64,000 nt of DNA from Dendrobates tinctorius (GCF_039654945.1 NW_027361763.1:10788001-10852000), one strand, 5' to 3'. Shown: positions 23,400 to 37,864, counted from the first letter of the stretch. Notes: generated from the letters alone by a model not told the origin. A program made the numbers and translations.

Positions 23400-26300
23400 C
23401 CAGTTAGGGGTTTTTCCTGCTGTCGAATGTTCAGAACGTCGTAAGCTAGGAGTTTCCGTCAAATCCAGTTGAATCAGGTTGAAGTGAAGGGGGCGGAAAC
23501 ACCCCCAGTTCTGGTGAAGCAGCCATTTCAGGAATTTCAGAAGTTCCAGGGGTTTCGAATATTAGCTCTCCTTTCGGCCTCACTATCGGTAGCCTCGGAT
23601 ATTCTTCTTCACTATCGTTATGAAATAAGGGAGGGCTCTCAGCAACACTGGGTTTTTCTTCTTCTAAGACAGGATCCCTGGACACGCAGGGGTGGAGCAT
23701 GTTTTGGTGTACTGTGCGTGTGGGGGCATCTTCTTCCTCCTCAGGCTGGACTTCATAGACAGGTCCTTCAGAACTTACCCGCCGCTTTACCCGATATGGT
23801 GATTTTCCCATCGATAGTCAAGCTTATCTCGAGGGTGCTTCTCTCGTACCAACACCTGGTCTCCGGCCTGTAGAGCTGTCCGTCATAGAGGAGTTTTCTC
23901 AGAAAACTCCAACTCTTGAAACCAGGTCTATACCAGGTGATGTAGTGTTTGCAGCCGATGGCGATGTCCTCGTACCCATCTGGACACCCCAGTCCGTGGG
24001 TAGTCCCCCTTTGGGTCCAGCTCTGTGATCTCTTTGCCTGTTCTGCCGAAGAGCTGGATGAAAGGGGTGTACCCTGTGGTGCAATGTACGTGGTTGTTGT
24101 ATACCCACACCAGTTCTGCTACGAATTCAGGCCAGCGCATCATACAATCTTCCTCCAGCATTCTCAACATCTGAATAAGAGTCCAGTTGAATCATTCACA
24201 CACTCCATTACCCTGTAGATGATAGGGCGTCATTCGAGACTTCCCAGTTTGGTACATACGATGTAGTTCCTCCATCATTCATCCTAGAAAACAGGCCTCC
24301 TGGTCCGAGTGTATCCTCTTCGGACAGACGTACACCTGGATAAAGTTTTTACAGATGGCATAGGCCGCGGACTCCGCAGTTTGGTCTCGGGAAGGAGTCA
24401 CAAAGGAGTCGCAAATTTGGTGAAATGATCCACCATTACCAAGCAGTGTTCATATGCTTGATGGGCCGGCCCAATTGTCAAATAGTCGATCATCCAGACC
24501 TCCAGTAGGGCCGAGGGCACAATAGTTTGCGTGGGGGCCCTCTGTTCCAGGGGTTTGGACAATTCACAGCTTCTACAATGTTGACACATTTCTTCTACCT
24601 TCGTCCTCAGTAAGGGATGATAAACTCATTTCTGTAGCCATTGATAGGTCTTCTCTTGGCCGAAATGTGCTCCTTTTTTTCGTGTGCCTCCACGGCCACT
24701 TTGTGCAACAGGACCTCGGGAACCACCACCTGCCAAGTGATGGATAGGGCTCGCTGTAGTTGAATTTTCCTGTACAACAGTCCATTCTTTAGGTGTAATC
24801 TCTCCCATTGTCGAAGAATTTGTAGGGCCCCAAGAAACAGGGCCTCCCTCACATTCTTGCAAGGCAGATGTTTGCGGGCCACCCACTGCCGAATTTGTGC
24901 AAGCTCTCCATCTTCCTGTTGAATCCACACCCACTCATCCCGAGGCTGTCCCAGTACATCTTCCTGGGGCTCCGCTTGTACCTGTTCCTGCATGGCTGCC
25001 AACATCCTGGCAGGACTCCGGAACCCAGGGACCTCTTCAGCCTCAAATTCTTCATCTCGGCTAGGACCAGGCTTCTCATGTGTCACTCTGGACAACGCAT
25101 CCTCGTGAGTGTTTTCAGCTCCCCTTCTGTAGGTGATCTTATACCGGTGTTTAGCCATTCTTGCCACCCACTGTTGTTCCAGGGCCCCTAACTTGGCGCT
25201 TTCCAGGTGGGCCAGTGGGTTGTTGTCTGTGCGCACCAGAACTTCAGACCCCGACAGGTATTCCGCGAACTTCTCTGTCATGGCCCACACTAACGCCAGC
25301 AGCTTCAACTTGAACGAACTGTAGTCATTCGGATTCATGAAGAGAATGACTCGCGTCAGCAATCATTCGCTCCCTCCCATCCTGAACCTGCGACAACACA
25401 GCTCCTAGTCCATGCAAGCTTACATCAGTATGTAGAATGAAGGGCCGCGAGAAGTCAGCATAGGCCAGGGCGGGTGCTTCTGTTACAGCCACTTTCAAGG
25501 CTTGAAATGCTTTCTCCTGCCGCTCTCCCAACTGGATTTCCCATTTTTTGGCTGCAGACAGAACTCCTCTCAGTAGCTCTAATAACGGATTCACGATGCT
25601 TCGATAGTACCCGGTAATTCCCAGAAAAGCCCATACATCCTTGACAGTCTTCGGGGTGGGCTAATCTTGCACTGCTGCAATCTTTTCACGGGACAGATGT
25701 ACTCCTTCCGCCGAGACCACATGTCCTAGGTATTCGATTTGGGTGCGGAACAAATGGCACTTGCACGGTTTTACCTTTAGTCCATGTCTCTGGAGCCAGC
25801 TCAGTACTTGCTCCAAACGCTGCAGGTGTTCTTCGAAAGTGGCGGCATAGACAATCATATTATCTAGATAGATCAAAGTGGCTTCGAAATTCAGGTCACC
25901 CAAGCACCTCTCCATTAGTCACTGAAAATTTCCAAGAGCGTTGGCCAGCCCGAATAGCATTCTATTAAACTCAAACAGACCCATAGGTAGTATGAAGGCC
26001 GTCTTCGCTCGGTCATGTTCGGACATCGGCATTTGCCAATAACCACTGGCCTGATCTAGGGTAGAGAAGTATCTCACTTGTCCCAGGGTGCATAAGGACT
26101 CTTGAATCCGAGGTAGCGGGTACGAATCCCGCACAGTGCAGGCATTTACACAAAATCTCAGAGTGCCGTCTTTTTTTCGTACTAGGACTATAGAAGCAGC
26201 CCATGGGCTTTGACTTTCCCTGATGACACCATTCTGTAACATCTAAGAGAACATTATTATTATTATTATTATTATTATTTATTGTTATAGCGCCATTTAT

Positions 26301-28497
26301 TCCATGGCGCTTTACATGTGAGGGGGGTATACATAAAAACAAGTACAATAATCTTAAACAATACAAGTCATAACTGGTACAGGAGGAGAGAGGACCCTGC
26401 CCGCGAGGGCTCACAATCTTCAAGGGATGGGTGATAATACAGTAGGCGAGGGTAGAGCTGGTCGTGCAGCGGTTTGGTCGATCGGTGGTTACTGCAGGTT
26501 ATAGGCTTGTTATAGGCTTATTCCCTTCACCTCCTGGTACAGCTGTGGAGGAATTTGACGGTAGCGTTCTCTTATGGGTGCAGCATTACCCGTTGGGATG
26601 TCGTGAGCAATTGAAGTGGTAGAGCCAAAATCATCCTCATGATGAGCAAAAAAGTCTTGATAGCATCCTACTACATCTTCCATCTGCTGTATCTGCTGCA
26701 GTGTGAGCTCTGTTAGTTCAGCACGCATTTGTTCTAAGATTCATTACCCTTTTCTTTCCTGTGGGGGTTCCGACATTGGATTAGTTTCTACTGCTACAGT
26801 CCTTTTTTTTGCAGTCATCTGTACTGTCTGTAATGGTATCAGCTCCTCCGGGCATGCCGAATAATGTGTGCTATTTCACGCCAGGGGAAAAGTGTCAGTG
26901 TGTCCTCTCTCAAATTTACACATCTCATGGGCACCTTCCCATCTCTTACGGTAGCTAATATTCTGGCAATTAGGAGTCCGGGTGATATGTTCTGTATAGC
27001 AGCTGGTTCTCTTTGTACTTCCACTCCTTCCAGAGGGGTGCAGGCCCGGACTGTGACAGAGAGCACGGTCTGCCCCGGAGGTATTTCAAGACTGTTCGCA
27101 GCCGGAAGGACCACTCTGAGCAGCACTTTTCTATCGCAGGAGACTTCTTGCGCTTGAGCCGTCCGAATCAACTGTTGAAATATTTTCCTTTGAGATGTTC
27201 GGGGGCTCCATTGTCTCAGAAACAGATCTGGGGATTCGTTGAAAAGCAAACTTCCGAATTCCTTAAGCACATTCATCCCCAGAGTAACAGTATATCCACG
27301 CTCAGTGTCACCCAAAGTCAATACCACACCTCTGCGGCCCAAGTCTTTGCCGCAGACTTTAATTTGCATCCATACCACCCCTGCGACCGGGATGGGGAGC
27401 TGATTGGCGGCCGTCAACTTTATCACCTGTCCCCTCTCAGGCCTCATCGCTTCAGGGAAATGGTTTCTGAAATACTTCTCGGGCATCGTGGTAACTTGGG
27501 AGCCGGTATCTACCAGATAGCATACGGCCCGTCCATCTATTTCGGCCCAGACTAACGGACGCATTGAAACTAAATTGGTGGGACTTCTGGTTCTTCTTAC
27601 TGGCTGTTCTGGCTCCGACGGGGGGGCTAGAGAGGCCTCTCCCATTGTGGGCACATTCGGGCCATGTGCCCCAGCTCTCCACAGAGGAAGCAGATAGGAA
27701 GTTTCTCCCGTCTAGACACTCTTCCCCCATCACGGTTCTGAGAAAGCTCTGCTCCCAGATTAGCTCAGCGAGGTTACCTTCTTTTTAATTTCTGTTAAGT
27801 CTTCCCTCATCTCTTGGATTTCTCTCCGCAAATCTTCCACCCATCCAGGAGCAGCCACTGCATTTATGGCCACCTCTTCGCGCCGGACCTTCACCACCGT
27901 AACTGTCACCCCCTGTTCTTGCTCAAGCGTGCACGCCTCACTTCCAACTTCTGCAAAAGTCATGTGTGATTTCACATGCAAGCGCTCCCACAGGGCCTAT
28001 TTCAACAGCTCATCTCTCAACCCAGTCACCAACTGATCACGCAGCACCACGTCAATCGACCCTACCCCCACACCGTCTTTCCGGGATATGGCAATGTGTA
28101 TTTCCTGCAATACGTTCATGAACTGTGTCACCGTCTCCCCCTCTATTTGAATCCGGCTAAACAGTTGCATGCGCAGCTCTCCTACATCTGTGGGGTCCCC
28201 ATGTGTTTCCTCCAGTATACATAACACCTTGTCAAGCGTATCCCACTGTCTGAGGGCCTGTAGCATCACTGAATCGCTTGCCTCGCTTTCCAGGGCCATT
28301 ATGGCTACCTCTGCCTGTAGGGCAGGTATCATATAGTGCATTTTCATCATCTCTTTAATACGTTCAGTCCAGCTCCACAACCTGGTGTTACTCCCGTTAA
28401 ATTTAGGTAGGTTGTTTAACATTGCCCCCAGAAAAATGCTGGACCTAGGGCTCTCCCCAGATGCTTGGTCTGCCACCTCCGTGCCAGTAGACGGCAT
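23400..28497 (-). pseudogene. Gypsy gag-pol pseudogene (Gag, PR, RT, RNase H, IN)
   Basis: VLRDQLVTGL (Gag), YLVDTGSQVT (protease), SPWAASIVLVRKKDGTLRFC and IYLDN (RT), LHTDVSLHGLGAVL and RTDNNPL (RNase H), MVDHFTKF (integrase); many stops and frameshifts. Confidence 0.93.
26252..26518 (-). mobile_element. L2-like LINE 3' fragment inserted in the Gypsy RT
   Basis: (TAA)n tail and TATAGCGCCATTTATTCCATGGCGCTTTACA, as at 21925; interrupts YQEVKG...MLQNGVIR. Confidence 0.78.
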
Positions 28498-28513
28498 CCT
28501 GCCGACTACACCA
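28496..28513 (-). promoter_or_regulatory. Primer-binding site, tRNA-Ser type
   Basis: TGGTGTAGTCGGCAGGAT lies 2 nt inside the 5' LTR boundary and is complementary (1 mismatch) to the tRNA-Ser 3' end ATCCTGCCGACTACGCCA. Confidence 0.85.
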
Positions 28514-29477
28514 AGTGTGAGCAGGTACTAAGATGCAGTAATGGGTCGGAGGCAGAGCAAGGGTTAACATGGGGTTTAATTTAACAAGTATACTCCTCGC
28601 AGGGAGAAAACAGGGAAAACAGTATAAAGGGACACAGGGTACGTAACCCAGGGGAAACGGGTATGAAGAATAGGGAAGGAAGTTCAAGATTAGTAAACTT
28701 ATCAGTCAGACGACTTCAGAATGCAGTTAGTCCAGTATGTGGACGTTGGCGCCAAAGCAGTGGCGTGTAAGGAGTCCGGTATGGTCCTGTAAAAGATGGC
28801 ATCCTGGATCCTGGCGGTGGCGGTGACTCCTCGTGGTCCGGTTGGTGATCGGTGTGTCAGGAAACGACGAGCCGGACAGAGCAGAGTCTTTCCCCCTGTC
28901 AACATACAGGGACAACGAGCGACTCGACTCAGATATAAAGGGAAACCCAGGGGTGAACCTAACCTCTCTGCTGCCTGAGGCGAACAGCAAAATGACGCCC
29001 CCCACACACACACAAAGTAAATTCTCATATCTATCCTGTAAAACTGAGTATAGTAGTGGACATTTTGATTTAGATAAATAGAAAAAAAAAGGTGTCCAAA
29101 CACAAGGATGTCAGCTGCATCACACGCACATGGAAGAACAACATGTAAGTATCCAGAACAAGGGTCATTAATGGCAATGGTAGGCCTGGCACAGGGACAG
29201 ACTGGGACAAAAATGCAGCCCTGCCACACAAACCCCACCAGCCCACAAACTATAACACTCCTCACCCCGATCAGTGAATTTTTGCTATACTTTGTTGTCC
29301 CCTCATCACTCTCTTTAAGGAGTTATTTGAAGAGCCACATGTGAATGGCACCACAGTGCGTATGACTGACCACAGCTCCATTTACATGGTGCTCTTCAAA
29401 GCTATGTTTCCCAGGATCATGGGGGTCCCAGCGGTCTGATCCACAACAAACAGAAAGTCATTCCCTATCCCCACATA

Positions 29478-29910
29478 ATGTCCATACAGCATAATGGGCC
29501 CCATATATTACTTCGTACAGTATAATGGGCCCCATATAATGCTCCATACAGCATAATGGGCCCCATATATTACTTTGTACAGTATAATGGGCCCCATAAA
29601 ATGCTCCATACAGTATAATGGGCCCCATATATTACTTCATACAGTATACTGGGCCCCATATATTACTTCATACAGTATAATGGGCCCCATATATTACTGC
29701 ATACAGTATAATGTGCACCATATATTACTTCATACAGTATAATGGGCCCCATATATTACTTCATACAGTATAATGGGCACCATATATTACTTCATACAGT
29801 ATAATGGGCCCCATATATTACTGCATACAGCATAATGTGCACCATATATTACTTCATACAGCATAATGGGCACCATATATTACTTCATACAGTATAATGG
29901 GCTCCATATA
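29478..29910. repeat. 31-bp minisatellite CATACAGTATAATGGGCCCCATATATTACTT
   Basis: About 14 tandem copies. Confidence 0.93.
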
Positions 29911-30207
29911 ATTCATCTCCCCAAACCCTGCTGCTCTGGTCTCCTCAGTGTATTCTGATCCTCCGCACTGCTTGGCACAGGCAAATCACTAACTTTACGT
30001 ATATAATTGTCCACTTGGACTGATAGTAATAGTGATTTGTTTGTACTCTGTTGTGTGGCGCTGGCCCACTTTATGGGGGTGCTGAGGGCATATGATTTTA
30101 CACCAGTAAAAAGTATGAGAGGCTCAATATGACCAGTGCCACCTAGTTTCCTACCCCTCTTATTCTACTGGTACTGTGGGCACACTGACTGGTACCGAGG
30201 AAAAGAA

Positions 30208-30410
30208 NNNNNNNNNNNNNNNNNNNNNNNNNNNNNNNNNNNNNNNNNNNNNNNNNNNNNNNNNNNNNNNNNNNNNNNNNNNNNNNNNNNNNNNNNNNNN
30301 NNNNNNNNNNNNNNNNNNNNNNNNNNNNNNNNNNNNNNNNNNNNNNNNNNNNNNNNNNNNNNNNNNNNNNNNNNNNNNNNNNNNNNNNNNNNNNNNNNNN
30401 NNNNNNNNNN
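30208..30410. other. Assembly gap (203 N)
   Basis: Run of N. Confidence 1.
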
Positions 30411-30844
30411 AAAAAAGAAAGATTAGAGAGATAAAGAAACAGAGAGAAAGATTCTATAAAGATACTATAGCAGCCCGGCTCCCACTGTAGTGCCCACCTG
30501 AGCCTCCCGATGCAGGACATATCATGATCCGCTTACATGGCCGGCAACCACGAGTCCAAGGCGATCCTGCTGTCCGTGCTGTTGGAGGAGGACACAGTGA
30601 TGGATCTGAAACATTCCCTGAAGTGCCTCCATGGTTCCGTCACAATCTCCTCCTGAAATTACCTAATTTCCGTTCAGCTTCTAGCACATCACTTCCGGTA
30701 GAACGTCACGTGCGAATTTTAAAGTACTCCGCGGGGGTTTGCCGTGTACTCCTGTGTCCGCGGGAAAAGTAAGCTCCCAGCCGAGGCAGTGGGACAGAAT
30801 CTCTCTCAAAATCGGGACTGGGAGGTATGAATGCTCCCCACCAT

Positions 30845-31258
30845 ACACCTTGTACACGTATGGCTCTGCACACATCATAAACACACGGTTCCGCTTTTTA
30901 TGCCTCGCACACACACAGCTCCGCTCTGTACACCTCACACACACGGCTCCACTCAGTACACACATGGCTCCACTCCGTAAACCTCGTACACATGCGGCTC
31001 TGCTCCGTACACCTTGTACACACGTGGCCACGCTCTGTAAACCTTGTATACAAATGGCTCCACTCCGTAAACCTTGTACACATGCGGCTTTGCTCCATAC
31101 ACCTCGTGCACTCGCAGTTCCGCTCCGTACACCTCGCACGCGCGCTGCTCAGCTCCGTACACATCTCTGCTCCGTACATGTGCGGCTCCGCTCCGTACAC
31201 CTCGCACACACATGGCTCCGCTCTGTACACCTTGTACACACGCGGCTCTGCTCCTTAC
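30845..31258. repeat. ~30-bp tandem repeat GGCTCCGCTCCGTACACCTCGTACACACGC
   Basis: About 12 degenerate copies. Confidence 0.8.
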
Positions 31259-31379
31259 ACAGGGCCGGGCTGAGACCAAAAAGCAGCCCTGACACAAAAA
31301 AAATTCACCAGCCAACATACAATGAATGTCCTCACCCAAATCGTAGAACACTGGCAGGTTGTGCCAACTTTTGCTTTAG

Positions 31380-34300
31380 CTCACACACACACACGTACCA
31401 CACAGCTCACACAAGTAGCTCACACGTATCACACACACACACAGCTTACACTTGTCACGCACACACACAGCTCACACGTATCACACACAGCTCACACGTA
31501 TCGCACACACACCGCTCACATGTATCGCACACACACAGCTCACACGTATCGCACCCACAGCTCACACATATCACACACAGCTCACACGTATCACAGCTCA
31601 CACGTATCGCACACACACACACAGCTCACACGTATCGCGCACACAGCTCACACGTATCACACACACACAGCTCAAACGTATCACACACAGCTCACAGCTC
31701 ACACGTATCACATACACACAGCTCACACGTATCACACACACACAGCTCACACGTATCGCACACACACAGCTCACACGTATCACACACAGCTCACACATAT
31801 CACACACACAGCTCACACGTATCACACACAGCTCACACACACAGCTCACACGTATCACACACACAGCTCACACGTATCACACACCCAGCTCACACGTATC
31901 ACACACCCAGCTCACACGTATCACACATACACAGCTCACACGTATCACACACAGCTCACACGTATCGCACACACACACAGCTCACATGTATCGCACACAC
32001 ACCCAGATCACATGTATCACACACTCAGCTCACACGTATCACACACTCAGCTCACACGTATCACACACCCAGCTCACACGTATCACACACACACACAGCT
32101 CACACACGACTCACACGTATCACACACACAGCTCACAAGTATCACACAGAGGTCACACGTATCACACACAGCTCACACCTATCACACACCCAGCTCACAC
32201 ATATCACACAAACACACAGCTCACATGTATCACACACACACAGCTCACACGTATCACACACAGCTCACACGTATCACACACCCAGCTCACACATATCACA
32301 CAAACACACAGCTCACATGTATCACACACAGCTCACACGTATCACACACCCAGCTCACACGTATCACACACCCAGCTCACACGTATCACACACACACACA
32401 GCTCACACACGACTCACACGTATCACACACACAGCTCACACGTATCACACACAGCTCACACGTATCACACACAGCTCACACCTATCACACACCCAGCTCA
32501 CACATATCACAGAAACACACAGCTCACATGTATCACACACAGCTCACACATATCACACACACACAGCTCACACGTATCACACACCCAGCTCACACAGCTC
32601 ACACGTATCACACACAGCTCACACGTATCACACACAGCTCACACGTATCACACACACACAACTCACATGTATCACACACAGCTCACACGTATCGCACACA
32701 CACAGCTCACACGTATCGCACACACACAGCTCACACGTATCACACACACAGCTCACATGTATCACACCCAGCTCACACGTATCACACACCCAGCTCACAC
32801 GTATCACACACACAGCTCACACGTATCACACACACACACACAGCTCACACGTATCACACACAGCTCACATGTATCACACACACAGCTCACACGTATCACA
32901 CACAGCTCACATGTATCAGACACACAGCTCACACGTATCACACACAGCTCACATGTATCACACACCCAGCTCACACATATCACACACCCAGCTCACACGT
33001 ATCAAACACAGACAGCTCACACGTATCTCACACAGCTCACACGTATCACACACACACACAGCTCACACGTGTCACACACAGCTCACACGTATCAGACACA
33101 CAGCTCACACGTATCACACACAGCTCACATGTATCAGACACACAGCTCACACGTATCACACACAGCTCACACATATCACACACCCAGCTCACACGTATCA
33201 CACACCCAGCTCACACGTATCAAACACACACAGCTCACACGTATCTCACACAGCTCACACAGCTCACACGTATCACACACACAGCTCACACGTATCTCAC
33301 ACCCACACACACAGCTCACACGTATCACACACACAGCTCACATGTATCACACACCCAGCTCACACGTATCACACACACACACACACAGCTCACACGTATC
33401 ACACACACACAGCTCACACGTATCTCACACACACAGCTCACACGTATCTCACACACACACACAGCTCACACGTATCACACACACACAGCTCACACATATC
33501 ACACACCCAGCTCACACGTATCACACACACACACAGCTCACACATATCACACACACACATAGCTCACACGTATCACACACACACACAGCTCACACGTATC
33601 ACACACACACAGCTCACATGTATCTCACACAGCTCACACGTATCACACACAGCTCACACGTATCACACACACAGCTCACGCGTATCACACACACACACAG
33701 CTCACATGTATCACACACACACAGCTCACTCGTATCTCACACAGCTCACACGTATCACACACAGCTCACACGTATCACACACACACACACACAGCTCACA
33801 CGTATCACACACCCAGCTCACACATGCATGTATCACACACACACACAGCTCACACGTATCACACACAGCTCACATGTATCACACACACAGCTCACACGTA
33901 TCACACACAGCTCACATGTATCACACACACAGCTCACACGTATCGCACACACACAGCTCACACGTATCGCACACACACAGCTCACACGTATCGCACACAC
34001 ACAGCTCACACGTATCACACACACACAGCTCACATGTATCACACCTAGCTCACACGTATCACACACACAGCTCACACGTATCACACACACACACAGCTCA
34101 CACGTATCACGCACAGCTCACATGTATCACACACACAGCTCACACGTATCAGACACACAGCTCACACGTATCACACACATCTCACATGTATCAGACACAC
34201 AGCTCACACGTATCACACACAGCTCACATGTATCACACACCCAGCTCACACGTATCACACACCCAGCTCACACGTATCAAACACAGACAGCTCACACGTA

Positions 34301-35015
34301 TCTCACACAGCTCACACAGCTCACACGTATCACACAGACAGCTCACACGTGTCACACACAGCTCACACGTATCAGACACACAGCTAACACGTATCACACA
34401 CAGCTCACATGTATCAGACACACAGCTCACACGTATCACACACAGCTCATACATATCACACACCCAGTTCACACGTATCACACACCCAGCTCACACGTAT
34501 CAAACACACACAGCTCACACGTATCTCACACAGCTCACACAGCTCACACGTATCACACACACAGCTCACATGTATCACACACCCAGCTCACACGTATCAC
34601 ACACACACAGCTCACACGTATCACACACACACAGCTCACACGTATCTCACACACACAGCTCACACGTATCTCACACACACAGCTCACACGTATCACACAC
34701 ACACAGCTCACACATATCACACACCCAGCTCACACGTATCACACACACACAGCTCACACATATCACACACACACATAGCTCACACGTATCACACACACAC
34801 ACAGCTCACACGTATCACACACACACAGCTCACATGTATCTCACACAGCTCACACGTATCACACACACACACAGCTCACACATATCACACACACACACAG
34901 CTCACACGTATCAGACACACACAGCTCACATGTATCACACACACACAGCTCACACGTATCACACACCCAGCTCACACATGCATGTATCATAGCTCACACA
35001 CACAAGTAGCTCACT
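31380..35015. repeat. 3.6-kb AC-rich satellite, core CAGCTCACACGTATCA plus variable (CA)n
   Basis: More than 130 units of 20-28 bp with block duplications. Confidence 0.97.
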
Positions 35016-36739
35016 CACGATGACAGACAGCAGTCCTGCATAAACCAAGGAATGATGTGCACAGGACCTGTGATGAGGTCACAGGAGAGGAGGAGCCATG
35101 GGTCGCATGATCAGGGGGCCCTGACGCCTTCCCTCCTGTAACCACATCAATTACAGCCTCTTGCACGACCGCAGCATCAGTGTGCAGAGGCTAAATTGTA
35201 GGTGCTGCGGGTAGAGGAGCGCATAATGCCGCCCCCTGCTGCCTGCCGCTTGAGCAGCTGGTGCAAGTCGCCTCATTATAGGTGCGGCCCTGGGGAAACC
35301 CCTCACAGTGGGTGTCCCAATTCTCCCGTCGGTGAGTGCGCCTGCTGAAGTCATGACTGGGTGTCCTGTCACTCACAGTCAGCACTGTTAGCGGGACTAG
35401 GTACGTCGATGTCGGCAGTCTCTGTTAGCAGCTTTATTCCTCTGCTTGTTTTGGCCAGCTCTAGCAGTTGGTTTATTCGCAGAAGCCTTGGCACTGCCCT
35501 CCTGCGCGCTGCATGTTCCCACGGCAACCAAATGATTTTCTGCGCGCTGTCGCCCTTTTATCTTTGTCATGCCCCCTACTCCTAGGTGCAGAGGTCAGTC
35601 TGGGGCCTTAAGCATTCCCCTGTGAAACCTGGGTGACAGCGTCGTCAGTTCCGGATCCGTCACGGAGTAGGTAGGCCTGGTCTGTGTCATCTCCTTACAA
35701 TCCCATAGAGAATCTAAGAATCTATGGGATATTGTCAAGAGGAAGATGAGAGACACCAGACCCAACAATGCAGACGAGCTGAAGGCTGCTATCAAAGCAA
35801 CCTGGGCTTCCATAACCCCTCAGCAGTGCCACAGGCTGATCGCCTCCATGCCACGCCGCATTGATGCAGTAATTGATGTAGAAGGAGCCCCGACCAAGTA
35901 CTGAGTGCATTTACTGAACACACATTTCAGTAGGCCAACATTTTGGATTTTAAAATAATTTTTGAAGCTGGTGTTATACAGTATTCTAATTTACTAAGAC
36001 AATGGCTTTTGGGTTTTCATTGGCTGTAAGCCATAATCATCAACACTAACAAAAATAAACACGTGACGTAGATCACTCTGTAATGACTCTATAGAATATA
36101 GGAGAGTCACTTTTTGTATTGAAGAACTGAAATAAATGAACTTTTTGATGATATTCTAATTTTGTGAGAAGCCCCTGTATATCATTTATATTTTTATTTT
36201 TTTAATTTTCCATTTCATTCCTTAATTTGCTATTAGCACAAAAATGTATGTAGAAAATAATCCTGGTTAAAATTATACATCCCTTAGAAATGCTTTTAAC
36301 ACATCCTATGTGAACAAGAAATGTTCCCACATTCATCAACTCTAATTGCTGCTACAAAGGGCGGCTAACAACGCGAGCGGGAATTATTACTGACGGTATA
36401 AAGGTATTTCTACAGGTCCACACAATCTGCAGACAACATGTCATTCGCAGATAGCTTGTATAGATAAAATTTCTTTAATTATATAATGCGCCCATCTGAA
36501 TGTTCTGTCCTAGACTTGCTGTTTTCTAATGAACAACCAAATGTGCGAAAACCAGGCTTTTTTTTTAACTCATTTGCCCCTGGAATAAAATTCTATACCC
36601 CAGTCTCCTACTGTGAAGATAAGCATCTACATTGTGGCCTTAACGGGATTTGCTCTGGGACATAGGGTCCAAACCCACTCATAAAAAGTTAATGGCAGTC
36701 GTTACACTGGCTGCCCATTCATTACAGGATACAATTCAT

Positions 36740-37322
36740 AGTACTTGTTCTCACCCACAAAGCTCTCCACAGTGCGGCACCCCCTTACATCTCCCTCATT
36801 TCTGTCTATCGGCCTAACCGACCACTGCGCTCTGCAAACGACTTTCGACTAACCTCTGCCCTAATCCATACCTCCCACTCCCGACTCCAAGACTTCTCCC
36901 GTGCTGCGCCAATCCTCTGGAATGCTCTACCCCAAGATATTAGGACCATCCACAGTTTGCATAGTTTTAGGCGCTCGCTCAAAACACATTTGTTCAGAGC
37001 GGCCTATCACATTCAGTAATCAAAGTCATTTTATGCTTGTGTGTGTGTAGCCCATTCACTATCTCCACTATCTCCATCCATCCTTCACTCCCTCAAGATG
37101 GCTGGACCATCATTGTAAATACATCATTGTAAATACTAACCTGTGCTTTGTATCGCCCCCACCTCATTGTAGATTGTAAGCTCTCACGAGCAGGGTCGTC
37201 TTATTTCGCTTTATTGTATTGTTAACGTTATTACTTATGACTGTTGTGTTTGAAACTGTTCAACTGTAAAGCGCTGCGGAATATGTTGGCGCTATATAAA
37301 TAAAGATTATTATTACTATTTA
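36740..37322 (+). mobile_element. L2 LINE 3' end
   Basis: Encodes LQDFSRAAPILWNALPQDIR...SFRRSLKTHLF (L2 ORF2 C-terminus); 3' stem-loop region and (ATT)n tail. Confidence 0.88.
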
Positions 37323-37864
37323 TTAATGGCTGGTTTTCAGACTCACGAATGGCAGAAGAACTTCAAGAGTAGGCGGTAGACAGTTCAGCAACAGCTTTTC
37401 TTGAAGGGAGGCAATGAGTTTGGTGGTTTACCGAGTGTTACATGACCAAAACAAGGTTGATAGTTTCATCAGTCTCACAAAATGGCATCAGGTCTACCCT
37501 GGTGTGCCATTTCTCTTCACATGCAATAATAAGCCCTTTCATTTTTTGCAGATCAGTGGGTATCTGAGTGTTCTGCCACCTTCCACGTATGACGCTGTGT
37601 GGATTCCAGCATACGGCTTAACCTTTCATCCACTCCCAGAAACAAGACTGTATGGGTGCTTAACTCTATTATTTATTGGGATGATATGGACAACAATGGG
37701 AGATGATAACAGATGGTATAGTAGAACACAGTAGTAGGTGAGATCAGGGGTTGTTGTACAAAGTTGTAGATGATATCAGAGATTGTTGAACACAATGTGG
37801 ATGATTCAGCAGATTGTTGTACAAAATGTGGATGATTCAGGTAAAAACTATAAGAGACAGATAT

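Larger units (their letters stand above)
28948..35292. mobile_element. Non-autonomous hAT-like element with satellite cargo, inserted in the Gypsy 5' LTR
   Basis: Perfect 8-bp TSD GGGAAACC (28940-28947 and 35293-35300); imperfect TIR CAGGGGTGAACCTA / TAGGTGCGGCCCTG; spans the assembly gap. Confidence 0.78.
22415..35699 (-). mobile_element. Degenerate Ty3/Gypsy LTR retrotransposon
   Basis: 3' LTR 22415-23289; 5' LTR split into 28516-28947 and 35293-35699; TG..CA ends; 4-bp TSD ACCC/ATCC within Tc1; PPT next to 23290; tRNA-Ser PBS. Confidence 0.93.
20968..36177 (+). mobile_element. Second Tc1 copy (5'-truncated), fragmented by SINE, L2 and Gypsy insertions
   Basis: Pieces 20968-21298, 21565-21892, 22169-22414 and 35700-36177 are colinear with the Tc1 at 2657-4803; right TIR ends GAGAAGCCCCTG|TA. 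Confidence 0.9.

Noticed and set aside
30739-35023. 1417-, 1108- and 746-aa His/Thr-rich ORFs
   Set aside because: They arise from a satellite nearly devoid of stop codons; all three frames are open and unit lengths are not multiples of 3.
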